This document shows positions 8,109-17,125 of a DNA stretch of 64,000 nt, in pieces. The stretch is from Candidatus Methanosuratincola verstraetei (GTDB lineage Archaea; Thermoproteota; Methanomethylicia; Methanomethylicales; Methanomethylicaceae), in the NCBI GenBank assembly GCA_049570475.1, contig CP186953.1, positions 1,280,001-1,344,000 on the forward strand, written 5' to 3'. Below the pieces are notes generated by a model. That model had not been told where the DNA came from, searched no databases, and was given only the letters and a program-made list of their open reading frames with translations. Both the position numbers and the translations under genes were made by a program. Within the stretch, counting starts at the first letter, position 1. The number at the start of each line of letters is the position of its first letter.

Positions 8109-9362
8109 TTAACCTCGGAATTTGAGCAGTCTGCTATAAAGTTCTATGTGATCTTTAGCCCCTCGCTCAGCGGAGAAGTACCTTTCAAAGATCGCCTTGC
8201 TGTTCTTCCCCATTTCCTCAGCCAATTCGCTGTTCTTCAGTATATGGCGAATCGCATCCGAGAGTGACCTCGGATCGTCGGGTCTGACCAAGTAGCCATT
8301 CACTCCTGGCCAGATCTGAGACGGAATGCCGCCTACCGCAGTTCCGATCACGGGTTTCCCGAATGCCATTCCCTCGGTGATCGCTAGACCGAAGCCCTCG
8401 TGCACAGACGGCAATACGACGAGGTCGCATTCATTATAGGCAGCCATGAGAAGGTCTCTGTCGACCGCCCCTGCGAAGATAACCCTGCCTCCGTAAATTT
8501 CGTTTTTTGCCTTCTCTTTGAGTTCCTTGCCGTAGCTTTCTTTTCCCTTGACCTTGAGCACGTCCTTGCTGAAGGAGCCGTTGCCTATGAAAACAAGCTG
8601 GTAATCGATATCAAGCGCAGCAGCCGCGTCGAGGAGTGTTTTTTGCCCCTTGAATTTGTCCATCCTGGCTACGCAGATTATCAGTTTCTTGTCGTTACTA
8701 ATTCCGAATCTCTCCCTGAACTTTGCCTTTGGCTGCTCCACGTCAATGAACGGTGGGATGACGCCCACCCTGTTGAATGGAAGCCCAGACTTTATGGCTG
8801 CGCTTGCATACCCCTTTGTCGAAAATATGGATACTGAGGCGTTTTTCATGTATTCCAACATCGCCTCCCTCCAGGAGTTGTGCACCTCTTCCGTGAATGG
8901 GATATGCCAGGTGAAGGCGAGCGGCCAGCTATCCACGAGGCTAGGCAGGCAGGGGAGTAGTTGGAAATCGTGAACATGGACTACGTCTGGCTGCTCCAGG
9001 TCTGCGGCTTCTGAAATAGCCCTCTGGAAAGATTCGTTGACCTTCAAGTATTCGTTGTAACCATAGAGGTGCTTATTGTATAGCATGTCCACCGGAACAT
9101 CTCTGTTGTGGAAGACTTTCAGTACAAGCTCCTTGAATTTCGAGTAGCCACTTAGGGTGTCGTGGTCAAACTCCCCCTCAGCAGGAACCCTGAACACCTT
9201 GAACCCAGCTATCTCTTCCCTGCCCTTTCCCTTCGGTGGCTTCATGTTGACAAACACAACCTCATGTTTGGCATCTTTAAGTTTTCTCCCCAGCCACATG
9301 AGGTAATATGAGACCCCTCCTGTGCTTGGAAGGAATGACTGGCTAGCATAAAGGATCTTCAT
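8109..9362 (-). CDS. GT-B glycosyltransferase (GT4; N-terminal half OtsA/TreT-like)
   Basis: VARMDKFKG, EGFGLAITEGMAFGKPVIG; HVHDFQLLP and TWHIPF. Confidence 0.85.
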   Translation of the reverse strand: MKILYASQSFLPSTGGVSYYLMWLGRKLKDAKHEVVFVNMKPPKGKGREEIAGFKVFRVPAEGEFDHDTLSGYSKFKELVLKVFHNRDVPVDMLYNKHLYGYNEYLKVNESFQRAISEAADLEQPDVVHVHDFQLLPCLPSLVDSWPLAFTWHIPFTEEVHNSWREAMLEYMKNASVSIFSTKGYASAAIKSGLPFNRVGVIPPFIDVEQPKAKFRERFGISNDKKLIICVARMDKFKGQKTLLDAAAALDIDYQLVFIGNGSFSKDVLKVKGKESYGKELKEKAKNEIYGGRVIFAGAVDRDLLMAAYNECDLVVLPSVHEGFGLAITEGMAFGKPVIGTAVGGIPSQIWPGVNGYLVRPDDPRSLSDAIRHILKNSELAEEMGKNSKAIFERYFSAERGAKDHIELYSRLLKFRG

Positions 9363-11006
9363 TTAGTCTCCCACCGCCCTTATGTATGACAGCTGGAAAT
9401 CATTGATAACCCGCATGGACCTGAGCGACTCGGCAGCCGAGATTATCCTGCTCCTGTTTTCGATCGAAATGAGGTTGAATCTCTCCCTGGCTTTGAAGAG
9501 AAGCACCGAAAGCGCATCCCAATTCCCCTGCAAGTGTTCGCAACCTCCCATCACCAAGCATGCCCCCCCGGACTTCACCACCTTCCCGCCTTCAGCAAAG
9601 TGTATCTGGGGCTCGATGATCCTGAGATCGCCCTCAATTGAGTAGACGTAGAATGGTATGAGCATCATCTCCAGTTCCCATTCTGCGTCAGCCTCGCCTT
9701 GTAGCATAAGCGAATCCAATGCGCGCAAGTCTTCTTTCGCCTTGGCAATCAAGAACTGCAGCCTGCAGAGCTCTTTGTTGTATTTCGTCCTTTCCTGCCT
9801 CTCTCTGGCCCTTATCTCAGCCAGCGCCCGCTCCTTCTCCTCAGTCAATCCCATCAGCTCTTTTACGAGGTTCTCGCGCCTCCCCGCAAAGCAGTTGCGA
9901 ACTTTGTTCACCTCTTCCTCCATTTTTGAAGGCAACAGGCTCTCCTTCTCGTTCAGGTTTGCTAGCTGCCTGTCAAGATCGTTCAGACTATCGGTCATCT
10001 TGGCGATCTCTCCAGAGATCTGGTTGAATCTTGAGACGCAGCTCTCGAGCTCTCTATTGAGATTGTCAATCTCCCTCCTGGTCTTCTCCGAATCGACTAG
10101 GTGCTGGCTGACAGCCTTGGGATCGTTCCCGTTTGGTTTCAGCCTCTGCATCTCCTCATGTATCTTTTCAAGCTTTAGGTTCAATGATGATATCTTGCTG
10201 GAAAGCGAATTCTTCAGCAAGATCAACTTCGCCTTCTCGCTTTCAAGCCCAGATATGCTCTTCAAAGTCTTATGCCTTGCCTGCTCGATCTCTGCCTTCT
10301 GTTTTTTGATTGATTCGAGCTTCTTGTCGAAGTTCGCCTTCAGCTCACTGATCATCTTCATCTCGCTGTATGTTTCAAGGCCCTCTATCTCAGCGCTCTT
10401 CAACGAAATTTTTTTGTCATAGTTCTCGAGAAGCGACTTTTCTTCCTCGACAAGTCCAAGCAGAGCTTTGTTGTATTCTTCGTTCATCACAGAGATTCTG
10501 TTCTCAAGCTTTTGGACCGTTTCCAAGTTCAAGTCATGGATGCTTTTCACTTCTCTAGCTATCCTCTTGGCATCTTCCTTAGTAATCACGGCGGGTAGCG
10601 CGAATCCGCCCCTTATCTCTTCGGTTTCTGAAGTCGTCTCCTCCCACTCTGCGAGCCATTTGCACAAATCGACTCCGAAAACAGGCCGGAAGACCGATTT
10701 CGTGCTCAGTGCCATATCGTCTCCAATACTGTCTTGGTTGATGCACCTCTCCTGAACCCCCATTCCATCGACCGCTATTATTTTGCCCTCCAGCCTGACC
10801 AGATAGACCGGGTGGTAAATCTTGAAAATGAAGTCTACCTTCTTCCTCTCCTCCCTGAATAGCTTTAGTGCACTCCTCCACCTCTTTCTCAGGGTGTCCG
10901 AGGCTTCAAGTATGGCTATTACATCGCACTGATCTTGAGAAAGCGCCCTGATCGTTCCATCTCTGGATCTTACATATGCAAAATTCATCGTTAGGATTGC
11001 CTTCAC
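9363..11006 (-). CDS. Long coiled-coil hypothetical protein
   Basis: About 270 central residues of E/K/L heptad-like sequence between globular N- and C-terminal segments; no Walker motifs. Confidence 0.75.
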   Translation of the reverse strand: MKAILTMNFAYVRSRDGTIRALSQDQCDVIAILEASDTLRKRWRSALKLFREERKKVDFIFKIYHPVYLVRLEGKIIAVDGMGVQERCINQDSIGDDMALSTKSVFRPVFGVDLCKWLAEWEETTSETEEIRGGFALPAVITKEDAKRIAREVKSIHDLNLETVQKLENRISVMNEEYNKALLGLVEEEKSLLENYDKKISLKSAEIEGLETYSEMKMISELKANFDKKLESIKKQKAEIEQARHKTLKSISGLESEKAKLILLKNSLSSKISSLNLKLEKIHEEMQRLKPNGNDPKAVSQHLVDSEKTRREIDNLNRELESCVSRFNQISGEIAKMTDSLNDLDRQLANLNEKESLLPSKMEEEVNKVRNCFAGRRENLVKELMGLTEEKERALAEIRARERQERTKYNKELCRLQFLIAKAKEDLRALDSLMLQGEADAEWELEMMLIPFYVYSIEGDLRIIEPQIHFAEGGKVVKSGGACLVMGGCEHLQGNWDALSVLLFKARERFNLISIENRSRIISAAESLRSMRVINDFQLSYIRAVGD

Positions 11007-11053
11007 CCCGGATGGTATTTACCTCTTTGGCGCCATCTTTTTATTTCTTACTA

Positions 11054-11225
11054 GTGACATCGGGGACTCCTGAGAAGTAGCCATTCCGGAAATGCCTGCT
11101 TTCCCATCCCTTTGACCAAGAGGCAGCCCTCACCGCCATGCGCAACGCAACCCCTCCTGTGCAAGGGTGGGGCCCGGATTGAACGGCTCACGTAAAAACT
11201 CCACACGCTGAAACGAGATTTTTTT
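11054..11225 (+). ncRNA. Putative structured non-coding RNA of unknown family
   Basis: GC-rich intergenic island with hand-folded stems, TTTTTATT upstream and a T-tract ending at 11225. Confidence 0.35.
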
Positions 11226-11295
11226 CGGTTTGATCGCTTCTCTTTACGCAACACTTTTAAACAAGGAGCATTCTCTATTGCCTGGGTATTTGGGT

Positions 11296-11442
11296 ATGGC
11301 AACCTACCTTTGCGAGAAATGTGGAAAAACCATTGACAGCAACGAGCTCATGGGTCTGCCAGGGATCAGGTGCCCAGTTTGCGGTTACAGGATCCTCTAC
11401 AAGTCCAGGTCTCCGATTATAAGGGAAATAAAGGCGCGCTGA
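11296..11442 (+). CDS. rpoP: RNA polymerase subunit P (Rpo12)
   Basis: YLCEKCG...IRCPVCGYRILYKSR; ATG at 11296. Confidence 0.93.
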   Translation: MATYLCEKCGKTIDSNELMGLPGIRCPVCGYRILYKSRSPIIREIKAR

Positions 11443-11443
11443 C

Positions 11444-12334
11444 TCATTTCCGCGCCTGTTCTATCATCGTGCAGATCTCGAAGATCATCTTAGATGCCAG
11501 TACGGCCGTCCTTCCGTTGTCATAGTGCGGAGCGACTTCTACCAGATCGAATCCCACGACCCTCTCATCTATGATCTCCCCTAGGATATCGAGGAGCAGG
11601 CTCGGGGCGATCCCTTCTGGCTCTGGGTTGCCGACTCCTGGTGCATAAGCTGGGTCAACCACATCCATGTCGATGCTAATGTAAATCTTTCCGGCATCCT
11701 TGAGCTGTTCCTTGAGCCACGAAGACGATGAGCCCACACCTTCCCTCAACAAGTCCCTTGAGGTCATGTACCTTATGCCATTCTCCTTGACCCATCTGAC
11801 CTCCTCCCCGAAGGTTGCCCTCACCCCGCAGAGGAGCACCCTCTCCTTTCCTTCCTCTTCCATGATGCGCCTCATTACGCAGGCATGGGACAGCTTGTTT
11901 GAGAGGTATTCATCCCTCAGGTCGAAGTGCGCGTCAAAGGAGACGAATGTGCAGTCCTTTATGGCCTTAGCCGAACCAAGCGTAATCAGGTGCTCCCCTC
12001 CTAGCATGATGGGGACTTTCCTCGTCGAGTTTATGTCTTCAACTGTGTCCGCGACTCTCCTGATTGTCTCAGCAGCATCGCCATAAACGACTGCAACATT
12101 TCCTAAGTCATGGACCTTCAAGTCTTCAAAATCCATGCCAGTCCTCCAAGACCAGGTTTCGATGTTAGCTGATGCTTCCCTTATTGCATCTGGACCGAAC
12201 CTTGAGCCTGGTCTATAGCTCGATGTACAGTCGAAGGGGACTCCAAAAAGCGCAAAATCGGAGTCTGCGTATTCCCTCTTGAATCCCCCGAAATAGATTG
12301 GCTGCGGGTCGAGGTAAAAGGGGGTATTTGGCAT
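11444..12334 (-). CDS. speB: Agmatinase
   Basis: GVPFD, RPGSRFGP, GGEH, FDAHFDLR, SIDMDVVDP, APGVGNPEP. Confidence 0.93.
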   Translation of the reverse strand: MPNTPFYLDPQPIYFGGFKREYADSDFALFGVPFDCTSSYRPGSRFGPDAIREASANIETWSWRTGMDFEDLKVHDLGNVAVVYGDAAETIRRVADTVEDINSTRKVPIMLGGEHLITLGSAKAIKDCTFVSFDAHFDLRDEYLSNKLSHACVMRRIMEEEGKERVLLCGVRATFGEEVRWVKENGIRYMTSRDLLREGVGSSSSWLKEQLKDAGKIYISIDMDVVDPAYAPGVGNPEPEGIAPSLLLDILGEIIDERVVGFDLVEVAPHYDNGRTAVLASKMIFEICTMIEQARK

Positions 12335-12494
12335 TCTTCACCTACCTCTTATTTGTCTAAAGCAACTACTCTATGCCTTATTGGGGTCTTATATATATCC
12401 AACTGGGAACGTGGGAAAAACTCCCTTATGGGAACACGAATATTCATATATCCTTGTAGATAATCAATCTGGACTGACTCGCGAGGGCGTTCCA

Positions 12495-14201
12495 ATGGAC
12501 AAATACGATAAGATAGTCGAGCTTGGCAGAAGAAGGGGCTTCTTCTGGCCTTCTTCAGAGATATATGGAGGGGTCGCAGGTTTTCTTGACTTCGGCCCCA
12601 TGGGTGCGATGCTCAAGCGGAATATAGAGCGGCGCTGGAGAGAGGTGTTCATACACCGGCACCATGGGCTGGTGTATGAGATAGAGACCCCTGTGATAAT
12701 GCCCGCCAAAGTTTTCGAGGCGTCGGGGCATGTGGAGAATTTTACTGACGTAATCGTAGAGTGCATGCAGTGCCACAAGCGGTTCAGGGCGGACCACCTG
12801 ATAGTGGAGCAGGTCGGGGAAGTAAAAGGCATAGAGGGAATGACGCCTGAGGAGCTAGATGCGCTTATCCTTGAAAAAGGCGTCAAGTGCTCTGAATGCC
12901 AAGGTCAACTTAGCAAGATCTCAAGGTTCAACCTCCTGTTCAGGACAAATATTGGGCCTTATTCGGAGAATGTCGCCTACCTGAGGCCAGAGGCCGCCCA
13001 GGGCATGTTCGTCAATTTCAAGAGCATTTTCAACTCGATGAGGGAGCGCCTCCCCATGGGTCTGGCTCAGATAGGGAAGGTCGCACGAAACGAAATCTCT
13101 CCAAGGCAAGGCCCTATCAGGCTAAGGGAGTTCACGATTATGGAAGTCGAGTTCTTCTTCGATCCTAGATCCCCTGAATGCACTTTGATAGATGATGTAG
13201 GGGATGTGAAGCTTAGGCTCCTGACCGAGGAAATGGTCAAGTCCAAGGCGTCTGAACCAATACAGGTCTCGGTCTCCGAGGCACTGAGGGAGGGCTACAT
13301 CAAGACTGAATGGCTCGCCTATTTCATGGCCCTCTCAACGAAGTTCATCTCTGAGCTCGGGGCCCCTGTCGAGTCGCAGATGTTCATCGGGAAGCCGCCA
13401 GAGGAGAGGGCACACTACTCCGCTCAGACCTTTGACCAGCTGGTCAAGCTTGAGCGATGGGGCTGGGTAGAGGTCTCTGGTCACGCTTACCGTACCGACT
13501 ACGACCTCTCGCGCCATATGCAGTATAGCGGTCAGGACATGTCGGTCTTCAGGAAATTCGAAGCCCCCAGGAAAGTGAAGGTGCTTGCCGCCAAGCCCAG
13601 GGCAGATGCAATAAGCGCGGACCACGGTAAGAACACGGGCAAGGTGCTCTCTCTGATAAAGTGCACTGACGCTTCGGCGCTCCGGGCCAGGCTCTCCTCC
13701 GGCCCTGTCGAGATCGATGGCATAATCATCAAGCCGGAATATGTCGAGTTCTACGAGAAGGAGGAGACGCAAGCCGGCGAGCGCTTCATTCCGCACGTTG
13801 CAGAGCCTTCCTTCGGCGCTGACAGGCTCACTTACTTGGCACTCGAATGCGCATACTCTGAGCGCGAGGACAGGGTCGTGCTGAGGCTGCCACCGTCTAT
13901 TGCGCCAGTCTCTGTTTCGGTCTTCCCGCTTGTCAACCGTGACGGATTGAGGGAGAAGGCCTACATGATATACCGTGACCTGAAGGATGCTGGTCTCATA
14001 GCCGAATTTGACGACTCCGGTTCGATCGGGAGGCGCTACGCTAGGGCAGACGAGATTGGCTGCCCATTGGCAGTCACTGTTGATTACCAGAGCCTCCAAG
14101 ACGATTCCGTCACCATCCGTTTCCGTGATACTTGGGAGCAGCGGAGGGTTCCTGTCGGCGAGCTCAAGGGGTTAATCCAGGGCTTCCTGTCGATGCGTTA
14201 G
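12495..14201 (+). CDS. glyS: Glycine-tRNA ligase (alpha2 type)
   Basis: RRGFFW, YLRPEAAQG, RNEISPRQG, RLREF, PHVAEPSFG, SIGRRYARADEIG. Start moved to ATG 12495. Confidence 0.96.
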   Translation: MDKYDKIVELGRRRGFFWPSSEIYGGVAGFLDFGPMGAMLKRNIERRWREVFIHRHHGLVYEIETPVIMPAKVFEASGHVENFTDVIVECMQCHKRFRADHLIVEQVGEVKGIEGMTPEELDALILEKGVKCSECQGQLSKISRFNLLFRTNIGPYSENVAYLRPEAAQGMFVNFKSIFNSMRERLPMGLAQIGKVARNEISPRQGPIRLREFTIMEVEFFFDPRSPECTLIDDVGDVKLRLLTEEMVKSKASEPIQVSVSEALREGYIKTEWLAYFMALSTKFISELGAPVESQMFIGKPPEERAHYSAQTFDQLVKLERWGWVEVSGHAYRTDYDLSRHMQYSGQDMSVFRKFEAPRKVKVLAAKPRADAISADHGKNTGKVLSLIKCTDASALRARLSSGPVEIDGIIIKPEYVEFYEKEETQAGERFIPHVAEPSFGADRLTYLALECAYSEREDRVVLRLPPSIAPVSVSVFPLVNRDGLREKAYMIYRDLKDAGLIAEFDDSGSIGRRYARADEIGCPLAVTVDYQSLQDDSVTIRFRDTWEQRRVPVGELKGLIQGFLSMR

Positions 14202-14238
14202 CCTTAAAACAGTATTGAGCGATATCCTTCAAGTGGTG

Positions 14239-14508
14239 ATGGCGAGCATGTCAAAGCCTCCTGAAAAGCGCCTGCGTCTGAGGAGAAAGGAAGACACAGA
14301 CAAGGGAATAGGTAAGCTGAACCCGTCAACCATGAAATACCTCCAGATAAACGAGAAGTTCGAGGTTGTTGTTGCTGGGAAAAAGAAATTGGAGCTCAGG
14401 GCCTTCCCCTTGACTGACATACCAGAAAACGAAGTATGGGCAAACGCAGAAGAGATGCGTGTCCAGGGTTTGGCAGACAACTCGATAGCAACCATAAGGA
14501 AGATCTAG
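14239..14508 (+). CDS. Stand-alone CDC48/VAT N-terminal double-psi beta-barrel-like protein
   Basis: DTDKGIGKLNPSTMKYLQI...EVWANAEEMRVQGLADNSIATIRK follows the CDC48 N-subdomain pattern. Confidence 0.6.
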   Translation: MASMSKPPEKRLRLRRKEDTDKGIGKLNPSTMKYLQINEKFEVVVAGKKKLELRAFPLTDIPENEVWANAEEMRVQGLADNSIATIRKI

Positions 14509-15428
14509 CCAGTCATTCGTCCCTTCATTTTTGCAAAAGCTGAAGCCCTTATCCCTGCCATGGCACCCTGCCCTGCAGCCAAGATCACTTGGTGGCTCTT
14601 GCCGGTACAGTCGCCAGCGGCAAAGACGCCTGCCATGTTTGTCTCCATTTCTTCGTTAGTTTTTATGAATCCCTTTTCGTCTACCTCGATCCCAGCCTTC
14701 TTCAGTATCTCGACCGTGGGGACTGATCCTATAGCTATGAACGCCCCGTCCACCGCCAGCTTTTCCTGGGATCCCCCTTTCTCAATCACGATCCCTTCCA
14801 GCCTCTCCCCGCCAAGCAATTCCACGACCCTTGCACCGGTGATTTGCTCAATCCCGATCTCCCTGATCTTTTCCAAATAGCTCTCATCGGCAGTGATCCC
14901 GTCTTCACCGACTACCCAAACTACCTTCCCTGCAAGTGACGAGAGGTATAGCAGGTCGCTTGCAGCCTCGTTACCGCCCCCGATTACAGCAACCTTCCTG
15001 TTCCTGAAGAAGAACCCGTCACAGGTGGCACAGTACGAAACTCCCCTGCCGAGCAGCCTCTCCTCCCCTGGTATCTGCAATTTCTTCTGTCTAAGCCCTG
15101 TGGCGATCACAAGCGCCTTGGAGGAATAGCGTTCGTTTGCGGTAATCACTTCCTTGGCATCCCCTGAGACCTTTATCTCTTTGGCGCCTTCTCCTGGCTT
15201 TATGATTGCGCCAAACTTCTCTGCCTGCTTTGCGAACCTTGATATCAGTTCTGTTCCAGAGATCCCTTCCGGGAACCCTGGATAATTGTCGATCACGTGG
15301 GCGTAAGTGGCCCTGCCACCTATTACCGCCTCCTCCAGAACGACCGTCCTAAGGCCCTGCCTTGAGGAATAGATCGCGGCAGCAAGCCCCGCAGGGCCTG
15401 CGCCTATGATTAGCACGTCCCACTCCAT
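14505..15428 (-). CDS. trxB: Thioredoxin reductase
   Basis: GAGPAG, GVSYCATCDG, GGGNEA, FAAGD. Confidence 0.93.
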   Translation of the reverse strand: MEWDVLIIGAGPAGLAAAIYSSRQGLRTVVLEEAVIGGRATYAHVIDNYPGFPEGISGTELISRFAKQAEKFGAIIKPGEGAKEIKVSGDAKEVITANERYSSKALVIATGLRQKKLQIPGEERLLGRGVSYCATCDGFFFRNRKVAVIGGGNEAASDLLYLSSLAGKVVWVVGEDGITADESYLEKIREIGIEQITGARVVELLGGERLEGIVIEKGGSQEKLAVDGAFIAIGSVPTVEILKKAGIEVDEKGFIKTNEEMETNMAGVFAAGDCTGKSHQVILAAGQGAMAGIRASAFAKMKGRMTG

Positions 15429-15665
15429 TTTTCACACCTTTGCAGTGACTGAGTCCCGAACTATAGATTGTGCCTTTACCCTAAAATCTCTTCCCGATTC
15501 GACTTCCTGTTTCAAGAATTCCCCGCTCAGTTTCATTAGATAATGTCATTGGAAAATTATTTTTCCATGCCTTTTTGGCATTTTTATTTAATTAGATGCT
15601 TTTATAACTAAAACTTTATTAAAGACTTAACCTTCTTTTAGCGCGTCCTTCAGGGGAGGTTTGGT

Positions 15666-16337
15666 TTGACCTTTCAGAAAGAGCTGAGCGATCTTGAAAA
15701 CAAAGCATACCGAAAGTCTCTTGATCTACTCGCCGACCACGCAAGGAAAGTGCAGGAAGTTGTGAGATCGTTGGTGCTGATGATTGACGATTATGCTTCA
15801 TCGAGGGGCAATATGGAGGAGCACTACGATACAGTCTCCAGGCTTGAGGAGGAGGCAGACGAGATAAAGATAGAGTTGATCGACACGCTGACAAAGTCGG
15901 CCCCTGGACTCCTGTACAGGGAGGACTTCCTGAGGCTAATGTTCAATGTTGAGAAGATTGCCGAGATTGCCCAGACAATTTCTAGGCTCTTACTCAAGCT
16001 CTCTAAGAGGAACATCAGGGTAGATCCGACGATTGCTGAGGGTCTGTCCTCACTCGCAAGCGAATCCTTGTCTGCTTATGAAAAGCTAAGGAGTTGCGTT
16101 ATGGCTTTGGCGATGAATCCGATTTATGCATTGAAACAAGTTGGCGATGTCCATTCTGCAGAGAACAAGATCGATCTGATGCAGCAGGATCTCGATCTCC
16201 GGATCATAATGGACGTTAAGGATCAGGGCTGCGTTCTGATCTGCAGGGACCTTGTGGCAAACCTTGAGCATATGGTGGACACCATGAGGGACGCCTCAGA
16301 CGACGTCAGGGTGCTCGCACTGCACCGCGTGCTCTGA
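15666..16337 (+). CDS. DUF47/PhoU-like phosphate transport regulator
   Basis: LEEEADEIK, REDFLRL, ENKID helical repeats. Confidence 0.8.
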   Translation: MTFQKELSDLENKAYRKSLDLLADHARKVQEVVRSLVLMIDDYASSRGNMEEHYDTVSRLEEEADEIKIELIDTLTKSAPGLLYREDFLRLMFNVEKIAEIAQTISRLLLKLSKRNIRVDPTIAEGLSSLASESLSAYEKLRSCVMALAMNPIYALKQVGDVHSAENKIDLMQQDLDLRIIMDVKDQGCVLICRDLVANLEHMVDTMRDASDDVRVLALHRVL

Positions 16338-16540
16338 GCCAATCAGGCCTTCGACACTTTTTGGGAACGGGGGACTTGGCGGTTTAAAAGGCGTCTGCCA
16401 AGCAAGGTGGGCCATGAATACTGTCGCACCCTCTCCTATGGTGAGTGGCAATAATTGTAGCTTAAGGACCCACTTGCCTGACAAACTTTAATTGCCTGCC
16501 TGATATACTCTAAAAAGCTATTCACCAGTTCTGGTGCGTT

Positions 16541-17098
16541 ATGATGGCATCCTCCCTGCCAGTGGCAACAATAATCGGATCCCGGATCATCGTACTCTCA
16601 AAAACTCAAGGGGCAAAGCTCTACAAGGAGGGCTTTTTCGGCAAACCGGTCAACATCCACAAGCCAAAGGACACAGAGGTCGATGCCCCGCTCGAGCTAT
16701 CGCTCTTCGAAGCAAACTACCTCCTAGAGCAAAGGCGGATATCCGTCGAGTCGGGGGGCCGTGCTATTTCACTAGAGGAACTGGCGAAGTTCTCGAGGGA
16801 GAATTTCAGGCTTTTTGACGAGCTCTATGCGGTTTACAAAGACCTTCGCGAGAAGGGGTATGTCGTTAGGCCAGGGATGAAATTCGGATCTGATTTCGCG
16901 GTTTACGAATATGGCCCAGGCATCGACCATGCCCCGTTCGTCATACATGTGCTCCCAAGCTCGGCAGAGGTAGACCCAATAGAGATAGTGAGGGCAGGGC
17001 GCCTCTCACATACCGTGAGGAAGAAGTTCATACTCGCCACCCTTGACAGGTCCCGGAACAAGGTGCTTTACTTCATGTTCATGTGGTGGAAGGCTTAG
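16541..17098 (+). CDS. endA: tRNA-intron (splicing) endonuclease, catalytic subunit
   Basis: LSLFEANYL, VYKDLREKGY, GMKFGSDFAVY, DHAPF, RLSHTVRK (Tyr-His-Lys triad). Confidence 0.93.
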   Translation: MMASSLPVATIIGSRIIVLSKTQGAKLYKEGFFGKPVNIHKPKDTEVDAPLELSLFEANYLLEQRRISVESGGRAISLEELAKFSRENFRLFDELYAVYKDLREKGYVVRPGMKFGSDFAVYEYGPGIDHAPFVIHVLPSSAEVDPIEIVRAGRLSHTVRKKFILATLDRSRNKVLYFMFMWWKA

Positions 17099-17125
17099 CG
17101 GTACTTCTAGGAGGCTGAATCCGGG

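Noticed and set aside
9363-11006. SMC/Rad50 call for the coiled-coil protein
   Set aside because: No Walker A/B, signature motif, hinge or CxxC hook.
11054-11225. Assignment of the structured island to RNase P RNA, SRP RNA or a TPP riboswitch
   Set aside because: Partial look-alikes (CTGAGA, GTGCAAG) are present, but the conserved GAGGAA/ACAGAA, SRP helix 8 and TPP CUGAU elements are missing.
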